Source of the DNA: an uncultured Candidatus Saccharibacteria bacterium
GTDB lineage: Bacteria > Patescibacteriota > Minisyncoccia > Portnoybacterales > UBA2143
Assembly: GCA_964596615.1 (NCBI GenBank)
Contig: CAZQUN010000004.1
Location: 432-64,431 of the forward strand
Direction of reading: 5' to 3'
Length of the DNA stretch: 64,000 bases
Part shown: positions 28,925-36,772 of the stretch, one piece after another
Position numbering within the stretch: the first letter of the stretch is position 1
Layout of the letters: every line of letters begins with the position of its first letter
The notes under the pieces: model-generated
The model's input: the letters and a program-made list of their open reading frames with translations, nothing else
What the model was told of the DNA's origin: nothing
The model's database searches: none
Program-made: the position numbers and the translations under genes

Positions 28925-30289
28925 CTATTCAGTTTCTCCCTCCTCCCAAGAGAGATATTCCCCCCAGAAAGTAAGGGGTATATTGCCAGGCGTCCCTCCT
29001 TTGCCGACAATAATCTCGGCATCTCTTTCGGGTTTACCTTCTTCTTCAATCTTTTTTGGTTCGTAAGCATTTGGTCGGTAGAGCAAGAGGATTTTATTGC
29101 TTAACTCTTCGGCTGCTTTACTGAATAAATCAGAAGTTTTGGGGCGCTTATCTTCTCTGTCTTCTAGTTTTCGATTGAGCTGGCTTGAAATAATGACCGG
29201 TATTTTTATCTGATAGCAGAAGGGCTTGATTTTTTCAATGATGAAATCAGCTTGTTCTAGGGGGTGCTTAAATTCTTTGCCAGGCCAAAAAAGTTCTTGT
29301 AAATTTTCAATAATCAGCAATCCAGGGCCCTGATTAAGTTTGTCTATTTTTTCTAGGGCATTTATTATCTCTATCTGGAGGGCCGGCACAGCAATCCTTT
29401 GTTTAATTACAATGCTGTGAATTGGCGCGTCATTGATCTGTTGATGGCATCGATCCATCATTTCCAATTCATCTTTTTCTGTTATTCTGCCTCCCCCTAT
29501 CTTATTAAGGGGGATTTTACATCTTTGGGCATCCAGACGACGGTAGATTATCGGCATTACCATCTGTGCCCCGCAATAAACAACCGGACTACCTTCATCA
29601 ATAGCCGTATGAGACAGAAACTCAAGGACTAGGGCTGTTTTTCCCATTCCTGTTCTGCCGCCGACAATTGTTAGCTCATAAGGCATAAATCCCCCAATTG
29701 CGCGATTAAGCGATTCAAAAGGCGTCTCTTTGCTAAAAGAAAAGTAGTCAAAAAGTTCTTCAGTAGAGAGCTCCAGCTTGTTGGCGCCACTTCCTTTTGC
29801 CGCTTTTTTCATTATTTCCGAGGGCATCTCAATGACTTTGGCAACCAGTTCATCTACCCTGACACCAGGGGTAAAGGCAGTTCTAGCTAATTCATTGGTT
29901 TTCTCTAAGACCACTCTCTTTACCGCGTCTCCTTTGATAATCTTGGCGTGATGAGCGACATTTTCCGTTGCCGGCGTTCCGTCGTGGAGTATGACAAGAT
30001 AACTGGCTCCACCAACACTTTCGAGTTCGCCTTTCTTTTTGAGTTGATTGGTCAGAGTAAGAAGGTCAATCGGCGTTTCCTCGTTAGTCAGATCAATCAT
30101 GGCAGCAAAAATTTTTTGATGGGCGGGCTTGTAGAAATCTTCGGCCTCTAGGATTTGCCAGGCCGTAAGAAATTTTTTGTTCTCCTGTAAGATTCTCCCA
30201 ATGACTGATCCTTCAGCTTCAGGACTTTGGGGTGGCAGAGAGAACTGGGGAAAATCTTTGGCTGTCTTATCTTTCGCTTTTTCTCTCAT
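28925..30289 (-). CDS. Divergent DnaB-family replicative helicase paralog, translationally coupled to the upstream reverse transcriptase
   Basis: 454 aa with a DnaB N-terminal domain (EAEGSVIGRIL ... IDLLTLTNQL), Walker A GGRTGMGKTA, Walker B-like LLIIENLQ, ISSQLNR and a KGGTPG loop. The start overlaps the RT stop by 23 nt, and a GGAGG RBS lies inside the RT 3' end. Confidence 0.75.
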   Translation of the reverse strand: MREKAKDKTAKDFPQFSLPPQSPEAEGSVIGRILQENKKFLTAWQILEAEDFYKPAHQKIFAAMIDLTNEETPIDLLTLTNQLKKKGELESVGGASYLVILHDGTPATENVAHHAKIIKGDAVKRVVLEKTNELARTAFTPGVRVDELVAKVIEMPSEIMKKAAKGSGANKLELSTEELFDYFSFSKETPFESLNRAIGGFMPYELTIVGGRTGMGKTALVLEFLSHTAIDEGSPVVYCGAQMVMPIIYRRLDAQRCKIPLNKIGGGRITEKDELEMMDRCHQQINDAPIHSIVIKQRIAVPALQIEIINALEKIDKLNQGPGLLIIENLQELFWPGKEFKHPLEQADFIIEKIKPFCYQIKIPVIISSQLNRKLEDREDKRPKTSDLFSKAAEELSNKILLLYRPNAYEPKKIEEEGKPERDAEIIVGKGGTPGNIPLTFWGEYLSWEEGETE

Positions 30290-31334
30290 TTTCTGCCTCC
30301 TTTATCTTTTCTCGGTATAAAATCCAGTACTCTCTTACCCAGCCGGGCCAGTGTTGTTCTTGGCCATAGATTTGCCGAATGTACATAGCAATGCCGATAA
30401 CATATTTTTTGGGATAGGCGTCGTCATATTTCCAAGCCATAAAGAAAATTCGGCGATAGGCATTCTTTTTCCGATGGTTGATATGAATTTTCTGATGTTT
30501 CTTACCAACAATCGTCAGCCCGAGCATATGAGGGGTGGTTTTCCCCAGATTATCTTTTGTTTTCTCTGGCTTAACGGAAAAGCCAGATTTGGTCGGGATT
30601 GCCAGTAATTCTTCTTTGATTTCAGGTGAAATTATTTCCTTTGAGGCGAAGTTGAAATCGTCGGCGTAGACAAACCATTTTATATTGTGTGTTTGGCAAA
30701 TCCGGTCCATCTCACAACACATGGGCTCGTAAACAAGATTTAGCAAAGCCGGGCTGCACGACGCTCCTTGAGGCAGGCGACGCTGTTCATTATAATGATA
30801 GGTTACCAACCAGGATAAAGGATCAATTAGGGCCTTATTAATCCCTAATTTTTCAAGGGATTGTTTTACCATTTCCTTTGTAATACTGGGAAAAGCATCG
30901 GCTATATCAAAGCTGAAATAATGAACGTTTCCCAAAAGTGTCTGTGTTGCTTTAAGAGTATTTCTTTTTTTAACAAACCCATATGCATTTTGATGGGCGG
31001 GCCTAAGTTCAACCAATGTTTTTCCGATTGCTCTGAGCGCTTTTTGGACTATCGGATGCGGAGCAAGGATTTTTCTTGGCTTTTTTCCTTTCCGCAAAGT
31101 AAATCCTCTGAAGCCATGAGAAAATGTTTCTTGGACTGATTTGCCTTTAACCATAATTTCGTCCTCGAATTCTACTCTGCCTATTATCTTCCATGCCTTT
31201 CTCAAGACCTTTTTCGTAGTTTTTAGTTTCTCTGCTAGTGCTTTCAGTGCCCAGGAAAACTGGACATCAAGAGAAACATCTTCCATTGACCGAAACTCAT
31301 ATTTTTCCAGCGTTTCTGGTTTTTCTGAATACAT
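30267..31334 (-). CDS. Reverse transcriptase (RT motifs 1, 2, 4 and 5 present; 355 aa, no maturase/endonuclease domain)
   Basis: Motif 1 RKILAPHP, motif 2 FDIADAFPSI, motif 4 LPQGASCSPALLNL (QGxxxSP type) and motif 5 FVYADDF are present. Motifs 6/7 read KPEKTK ... MLGLTIVG. A GGAGG RBS lies 7 nt upstream of the ATG. Confidence 0.8.
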   Translation of the reverse strand: MYSEKPETLEKYEFRSMEDVSLDVQFSWALKALAEKLKTTKKVLRKAWKIIGRVEFEDEIMVKGKSVQETFSHGFRGFTLRKGKKPRKILAPHPIVQKALRAIGKTLVELRPAHQNAYGFVKKRNTLKATQTLLGNVHYFSFDIADAFPSITKEMVKQSLEKLGINKALIDPLSWLVTYHYNEQRRLPQGASCSPALLNLVYEPMCCEMDRICQTHNIKWFVYADDFNFASKEIISPEIKEELLAIPTKSGFSVKPEKTKDNLGKTTPHMLGLTIVGKKHQKIHINHRKKNAYRRIFFMAWKYDDAYPKKYVIGIAMYIRQIYGQEQHWPGWVREYWILYREKIKEAENERKSER

Positions 31335-31382
31335 TTTAGCCTCCTATGTTATCCTTAAGGGTTATAAGTTTTTAAAGAATTT

Positions 31383-31707
31383 GCCCCGCGCCAGGTTTGT
31401 CTTCACTAGCGCGAGGACTTTCAGGCAGTTGGGTGATATCAGGACGGCTTTTCCCTTCGCTTTATCAACCTCAAGCCGGGCAGGAAAGGTCGAGGAGCGA
31501 GGGGTGCCGAGGAGAGGAGAGGATTCGTCCGGGTTCCGGCGGAATAAAGTATCTATCAAACCGGAGGGGTCCGGGGTGTCCCCGGGCTCTCCTTGCTCTC
31601 ATGTTCTCCGCTGCCTGAGCTCAGAAAGCGGTTTAAGACCTATTTCGAAACATAAGATATTTCCGAAACGAACCTTGTGAGAGCCCAAGATTCTTCGGTC
31701 TTGTTTT
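31383..31707. ncRNA. GC-rich structured element (candidate RT-associated ncRNA or independent structured RNA), strand unresolved
   Basis: About 320 nt is far more GC-rich than its surroundings. It contains a 13-bp imperfect hairpin (31563-31592), a purine tract GAGGAGAGGAGAGGA complementary to a downstream CTCTCCTT/CTCTC tract, a 10-bp palindrome CTGAGCTCAG, and a plus-strand hairpin plus T4 at its 3' edge. No credible long ORF overlaps it. Confidence 0.5.
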
Positions 31708-31815
31708 ATCCCATTCGCCTGTTTGATTATTTCTAACACAAAAGAGATTTTTTCGCAAGAAAGTCAATTAATAGTGTTTATCCACCTTATTTATGCTAGA
31801 ATATTGGATAGGAAA

Positions 31816-32262
31816 ATGTATCATATAGCGATAATGAGGAAATCCTGGGGTCTCTTGCCCAAGATTTTAACCAAAGAAAAGACAATTGAATCACGCTGGT
31901 ATATGAATAAATATTCTCCTTGGGACAGGATTAAAAAAGGGGATATTGTTTATTTTGAGAATTCTGGTGAACCGGTTAGTATTAAAACAGAAGTTTCAAA
32001 GATTATTCAGTATTCGGATTTAACGCCAGTCAAAGCAAAACAAATTCTTCAAAAATATGGCGCTAAAGATGGCCTGGGTATTAATGAAATTGACAAATAT
32101 TATCAGATGTTTAAAGGTAAAAAATATTGCTTGTTAATTTTTCTTAAAAACCCGCAGGGAACTAAATCTTTTGATATTGATAAGACCGGATTTGGAGCGA
32201 TGGCGGCCTGGATAGTAGTTGATAATATAAAAAGAGTTAAGAGAAATCTTTTTACAGTTTAA
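31816..32262 (+). CDS. ASCH (PUA-like) domain protein
   Basis: Carries the ASCH signature ILTKEKTIESRW (GxKxxExR-like). The start is trimmed to MYHIAIMRK at 31816. Confidence 0.5.
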   Translation: MYHIAIMRKSWGLLPKILTKEKTIESRWYMNKYSPWDRIKKGDIVYFENSGEPVSIKTEVSKIIQYSDLTPVKAKQILQKYGAKDGLGINEIDKYYQMFKGKKYCLLIFLKNPQGTKSFDIDKTGFGAMAAWIVVDNIKRVKRNLFTV

Positions 32263-32308
32263 TTGGTCAAAGCTTTTCGTTTTGAAGAATATAGGGTAAT
32301 ATATTAGT

Positions 32309-33982
32309 ATGGATCCGCAAACACACATCGACCCGGGACAACAAATAAATAACTTCCAACCAGAACAAAATCCTAAAAGATTAAATTTTCCTTTCTGGGT
32401 TTGGGTTGTAGTAGTAACCGCTATTTTAGGCCTAGGCGGTTATTTTATTTATCAACATTTCTTTTCTGAAACGATAACAGTCCTTGATTCGACAGACCAA
32501 TGGCAAACTTACCACAATGAAGAATTAGGGTTTAGCTTTAAATATCCAAGGGATTATGGAGAAATGGTGTTTTCAATAAACTCCGGGGAAACAGGAGAAA
32601 TGTTTTATGGGAATTTCTCTAAAAATCCTGATATCCAATTTGGAGGAATAACATACGATTATACTGCTGGTATGGGAGGACAATTCATAGGTACACAAGG
32701 ATATACACAAGATAATGATAAATATTATTTTAACTTTGTTGCTGATGAAAAAATAGAAGTAACTCCGTCGAGATTTATTCAAATAAATGAAGGGGCAGAT
32801 GAAGCCCTAGTCATCGAAGATCAAGATATGGGTTTGCTAATTAATCCTAGCGGGAAGGGAGCTTTAATTAACCTGAAAGATGATAGATTTTCTGGAATTG
32901 GCTTTATTTATTACAATATTCCTCAGGATGAAACCTATCTTTTTGATGACATCATTTCTAGCTTTAAGTTTATTGAGCCCACCGATACATCTAATTGGCA
33001 AACATATCGTAACGAGGAATATCGATTTGAGGTTTTAATGCCTGGGGGTTGGTATACCAGCGAAGAATATTATCAAAATATTGACCAGCAAATGATTAGG
33101 TTTTCGAATTATCCGTGGGGGTCATTTGAAAAATCGGAAACCCCGGAGGATTTTCTTGCTTTCTTCATTTCAACTTATCCAAAATACAAAGAAGATGACT
33201 ACGAAAAAATTAAAGAAATAGAAGAAGAAATGAAAGAGTTTTCAAACGAAAAATTTGAATACAGCATTGAAAATAAATGGCTGATAAATCTTTATGTTAT
33301 TTCTGAAAGAACTTCTCAAAAAGATAATATTACCTGGGATGTTATCTTGCCTTACGCCAAAGCGTTTTTAACGGGCGAAAATTATAAATATTATTTCTAT
33401 CCTTCTTCGCCGGTTCCAACACTAGACAAAGGACAAGAAAAGGAATTAGATATTTTAAGAGGGATGTTAAAGTCATTTAAATTTATTAAACTAAGCAATC
33501 TGTCTGATGAAGAAATATATCAGAATAATGAATATAAAATTAGATTTGAAAAACCGTTTCTTTTTGGCAGACAGGGCGATGTCAGAGAAAAGGAGAATAA
33601 AATATTTGTTTGCCTGGACCCTTCAACAGAAGATACTTCTTCCTGTCAGTATGTAGAAATTTTTGAAAAGAGCCCGGGACAGACTTTGAAAGAAGCCATA
33701 GAAGAACAGTTTCTTAAAAGTTATCCTTCTGATAAGTGCTGGTTTGAAGAAATAAGAAGGGAGAATAATCCAAAAGGATATCAATACGCGACTATAAGTT
33801 ATCCTACCCCTTGGTATGATAATCGACAGTATTGTCCCTCTTATAGCGCGGCAAATGGTGTGAGTTATTTTATGATGGACCCACGCTATCCCGACCGTTT
33901 TGTTTACTTTAGCATCGGACAGTACTATATTGGGACTAGGAACAGAGAATCCTGGCAGGATACATTTGAATTTATTGATTAA
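32309..33982 (+). CDS. Hypothetical membrane-anchored extracellular protein with internal WQTYxNEE repeats
   Basis: 557 aa with an N-terminal TM helix and repeated W-Q-T-Y-x-N-E-E-x-x-F motifs. Rich in Tyr/Asn. Confidence 0.4.
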   Translation: MDPQTHIDPGQQINNFQPEQNPKRLNFPFWVWVVVVTAILGLGGYFIYQHFFSETITVLDSTDQWQTYHNEELGFSFKYPRDYGEMVFSINSGETGEMFYGNFSKNPDIQFGGITYDYTAGMGGQFIGTQGYTQDNDKYYFNFVADEKIEVTPSRFIQINEGADEALVIEDQDMGLLINPSGKGALINLKDDRFSGIGFIYYNIPQDETYLFDDIISSFKFIEPTDTSNWQTYRNEEYRFEVLMPGGWYTSEEYYQNIDQQMIRFSNYPWGSFEKSETPEDFLAFFISTYPKYKEDDYEKIKEIEEEMKEFSNEKFEYSIENKWLINLYVISERTSQKDNITWDVILPYAKAFLTGENYKYYFYPSSPVPTLDKGQEKELDILRGMLKSFKFIKLSNLSDEEIYQNNEYKIRFEKPFLFGRQGDVREKENKIFVCLDPSTEDTSSCQYVEIFEKSPGQTLKEAIEEQFLKSYPSDKCWFEEIRRENNPKGYQYATISYPTPWYDNRQYCPSYSAANGVSYFMMDPRYPDRFVYFSIGQYYIGTRNRESWQDTFEFID

Positions 33983-34012
33983 TTCGGAGATTGAACTTCC
34001 GACAGTCCCAAT

Positions 34013-34462
34013 ATGTCTAATTTAATAACAAAAAAACAATTAGAGAGGAAAAAAGAGGAACTAGATAAGCTAAGAAAAAAACACGCTGATTTAGGTAAGA
34101 AAATATCTGAAGTAATGAAAAACAGCGGTTCTTTTCCTAGTGGTACTCCGGGTTATGTCGGATTAATGGATAGGATAGAAGGATTCTCATTAAAGATTGC
34201 TCAGTTAAAGAAAGAAATAGAATCTGTTAAAGTAGTTGACCCAAAGGAAATTCCTTCTGATGTTGTTTCAATTTTATCCTGTGTTTTGGTTTTGGATATT
34301 ATTAAAAACAAGAAAGAGAAATATTGTTTTGGAAAAAATATTAGCCAGGATTCTTTGATTGGCAAAGCCCTTCTTAATAAAAAAGTAGGCGAGCGGGTAA
34401 AAGTTAAAACTCCTCAAGGAGAAAGAGAATTGGAGATAGTTAAAATAGAAATTGACAAATAG
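34013..34462 (+). CDS. greA: Transcription elongation factor GreA-like
   Basis: Has an N-terminal coiled coil and a C-terminal FKBP-like domain (GKALLNKKVGERVKVKTPQGERELEIVKIE). Confidence 0.55.
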   Translation: MSNLITKKQLERKKEELDKLRKKHADLGKKISEVMKNSGSFPSGTPGYVGLMDRIEGFSLKIAQLKKEIESVKVVDPKEIPSDVVSILSCVLVLDIIKNKKEKYCFGKNISQDSLIGKALLNKKVGERVKVKTPQGERELEIVKIEIDK

Positions 34463-34541
34463 TTGATATTGTTTTAGTATATTATATTCTTTAAAAACTA
34501 GGGAATTTTTTTATTAACCATTTTTTCAGAAGAGGAGATAG

Positions 34542-35030
34542 GTGATGTTAAAAAAGGGTTGTCCGTTTTGTGAAGAAGAAATTTATGGCGCATCATTATT
34601 ATGCGAAGGGGATAAAGCGTTTATTCTTCAAAATATCGCTCCTGCTACCGATGCTCATTTTGTAGTGATTCCTAGAAAACATGCTTTAATACTGGAAGAT
34701 CTTGGACGAGATGAATCCTTCGAACTTCTTCGTCTTATTGGTTTAGCTGAAAAAGTAGCGCTTGAAAAAGGAGCTGAAGGAGTTTATCCTTTTGCTCTCC
34801 GAGGAGAGATGGTAGGCCAAACAATTGAACACCTCCATTTCCAAATTATAGGTAAGTTTAAAAAGGACTTGCCGGTGATTCCTATTCGCGGTGAAGAGAA
34901 GAAAATACTAAGAACAGAGGAATTGCGATTAAAGGTAAAATCTCTTAAACCGTTTTTTATCACGGAAGGGGATTTAGAAAAAAGAAAACATCACTGTTGT
35001 CGTTGTCGGTCTATAAACTCGAGTGACTAA
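34542..35030 (+). CDS. HIT-family (histidine triad) hydrolase with a Cys-rich tail
   Basis: Has the HIT motif TIEHLHFQIIG (HxHxHxx), HFVVIPRKH, and a C-terminal HHCCRCR. Confidence 0.55.
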   Translation: MMLKKGCPFCEEEIYGASLLCEGDKAFILQNIAPATDAHFVVIPRKHALILEDLGRDESFELLRLIGLAEKVALEKGAEGVYPFALRGEMVGQTIEHLHFQIIGKFKKDLPVIPIRGEEKKILRTEELRLKVKSLKPFFITEGDLEKRKHHCCRCRSINSSD

Positions 35031-35071
35031 GCAGAAACCATTTAGCTTAGTAAGATAGGAAGGAGGAAGAG

Positions 35072-35266
35072 ATGCAGTGTCCAGAGTGCGGAACAGAAAT
35101 GTATTACGATTCGTGGAGGAAGTGTCCCTATTGCGGCGCTCCGTTGAAAAAAACGGAGAAAAAAAAGAAAAAGGCTGTTAACTGTTGTGGTCAGAAAGAG
35201 GGAGGATGCGGTTACTGTGACCACGAGAATCCGGCGCAATGTCTGGGGAACTGTGCCGTAACTTGA
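35072..35266 (+). CDS. Cys-rich zinc-ribbon mini-protein
   Basis: 64 aa with a CPECG ... CPYCG ribbon plus a C-terminal CCGQ ... CGYCDH ... CLGNC. Has a GGAGG RBS. Confidence 0.4.
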   Translation: MQCPECGTEMYYDSWRKCPYCGAPLKKTEKKKKKAVNCCGQKEGGCGYCDHENPAQCLGNCAVT

Positions 35267-35288
35267 AGGAGGTTTAACTGGAAGGAGC

Positions 35289-35314
35289 GGAGCGGAATTA
35301 GTCCGCTCCGTTTT
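35289..35314 (+). terminator. Rho-independent terminator
   Basis: GGAGCGGA-attag-TCCGCTCC forms an 8-bp stem followed by GTTTT. Confidence 0.6.
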
Positions 35315-35364
35315 AGTTTATCAACATTGCTTGTTTCTAGCCGAAATGATAATATATTAGGGAT

Positions 35365-36771
35365 ATGAAGCGGACTTTAGCCAATAAAACAATTGAAAAA
35401 ATAGGAGAGGAAGTCAGATTAAATGGCTGGGTTCATAATCGAAGAGACCATGGTAAATTAATTTTCATTGACCTGCGCGACAGAAGCGGACTGGTTCAGT
35501 TAGTTTTCCTGCCGGAAAGCAAGGAAATATATCAATTAGGTAATAAATTAAGAGGGGAATGGGTTATTGAAGTCAAAGGCAAAATCAATAAAAGACCGGA
35601 TAAAATGGTTAACGAAAAGATTCCAACTGGCAAAGTCGAAGTTGAAGTCACTGATTTAAAGATTTTAAACCAATCCAAAACCCCGCCCTTTGAAATTAGC
35701 GAAGAAGGGGTCAAAAACGTTAATGAAGAAGTTAGATTAAGGTATCGCTATCTTGATTTACGCCGCCAGCGGATGAGAAGAAATCTTTACATTCGTCATA
35801 AGGTTATTAAATTAATCAGAGATTTTTTGGATAAAAAAGGATTTGTTGAAATAGAGACGCCAATTCTGACTAAGTCAACACCAGAAGGAGCAAGAGATTA
35901 TCTGGTTCCAAGTCGCCTTCATCCTGGCCAATCTTACGCTCTGCCCCAATCTCCCCAGCAATTCAAGCAGCTTTTAATGGTTGCCGGGTTAGGGAGATAC
36001 TTTCAAATTGTCCGCTGTTTCCGGGATGAGGATTCAAGAGGAGACCGCCAGCCGGAATTCACTCAACTGGATTTAGAAATGTCTTTTGTTAAACAAGAAG
36101 ATATTTTAAGACTAACCGAGAGACTCTATACTAAAATCATTAAAAACCTAATTCTTTTTGATAAAACCCTATCCAAGAAATTAACTTTTAGTCCCTTCAA
36201 GAGAATGGACTACCAGGAAGCCATTAAAAATTATGGGACTGATAAACCCGATTTAAGAGAAAACAAAAAAGATCCGAACGAACTGGCTTTTGTCTGGATT
36301 CTAAATTGGCCCCTATTTGAATGGAATGAAAAAGAAAAAAGATATGATTCTCATCACCACATTTTCACTGCGCCCCAGGAAAAAGACTTGCCTTTGCTTG
36401 ATAAAGAACCAATAAAAGTCCGCTCCTGGCAGCATGATTTGGTTCTGAATGGGGTTGAAATTGGAGGGGGGAGTATTAGAATTCATCAAAGAGATATCCA
36501 GGAAAAAATATTTAAATTAGTTGGCTTATCCCAGGAAGAAATTAATCAGAAATTCGGTCATTTATTAAAAGCTTTTGAATACGGAGCGCCGCCTCATGGA
36601 GGGATTGCTCCTGGAATTGACCGCTTTTTAATGATTCTTTTAGGCGAGGAAAATATTAGAGAAGTTATGGCTTTTCCAAAAACCGGTGATGGCCGCGATT
36701 TAATGATGGAAGCGCCCAGTCCGGTCAGCAAAGAGCAACTGAAAGACCTTAGTATTAAAATAGACAAGTAA
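35365..36771 (+). CDS. aspS: Aspartyl-tRNA synthetase, compact type lacking the bacterial GAD insertion
   Basis: Has an N-terminal OB anticodon-binding domain and class II motifs (FRDEDSRGDRQPEFTQLDLE; GGGSIRIH; GIAPGIDR). Length is 468 aa. Confidence 0.8.
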   Translation: MKRTLANKTIEKIGEEVRLNGWVHNRRDHGKLIFIDLRDRSGLVQLVFLPESKEIYQLGNKLRGEWVIEVKGKINKRPDKMVNEKIPTGKVEVEVTDLKILNQSKTPPFEISEEGVKNVNEEVRLRYRYLDLRRQRMRRNLYIRHKVIKLIRDFLDKKGFVEIETPILTKSTPEGARDYLVPSRLHPGQSYALPQSPQQFKQLLMVAGLGRYFQIVRCFRDEDSRGDRQPEFTQLDLEMSFVKQEDILRLTERLYTKIIKNLILFDKTLSKKLTFSPFKRMDYQEAIKNYGTDKPDLRENKKDPNELAFVWILNWPLFEWNEKEKRYDSHHHIFTAPQEKDLPLLDKEPIKVRSWQHDLVLNGVEIGGGSIRIHQRDIQEKIFKLVGLSQEEINQKFGHLLKAFEYGAPPHGGIAPGIDRFLMILLGEENIREVMAFPKTGDGRDLMMEAPSPVSKEQLKDLSIKIDK

Positions 36772-36772
36772 T

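Noticed and set aside
31141-31680. ORFs 31141..31680 (+), 31397..31618 (+) and 31362..31559 (-) overlap the GC-rich region
   Set aside because: They are open only because the high GC removes stop codons. Their translations are low-complexity (Arg/Gly/Ser/Pro-rich), they have no RBS, and they overlap each other in different frames. The region is better explained as structured RNA.
31383-31707. RNase P RNA, tmRNA or SRP RNA identity for the GC-rich element
   Set aside because: AGGAAAG-containing and GGGCAGG / GGGUGCC-like strings occur, but in the wrong order for RNase P, and a P4 pairing with the bulged U cannot be drawn. There is no tRNA-like T-arm or acceptor for tmRNA. There is no GGAA-tetraloop domain IV for SRP. 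The element is left unclassified.
28925-33982. DGR (diversity-generating retroelement) hypothesis: the GC-rich region as a template repeat
   Set aside because: The RT has the QGxxxSP motif 4 rather than the DGR-specific I/LGxxxSQ. I could find no second near-copy of the GC-rich segment (a variable repeat) at the 3' end of any neighbouring ORF. No C-type-lectin-like target gene is in the right orientation.
28787-35364. Integrated element with tRNA-Lys attL/attR duplication
   Set aside because: I could not find a second copy of the tRNA-Lys 3' end (…TTCGATTCCCTCTACCCCTACCA) downstream of the RT module, and there is no adjacent integrase. The acquired-island interpretation remains possible but unsupported.
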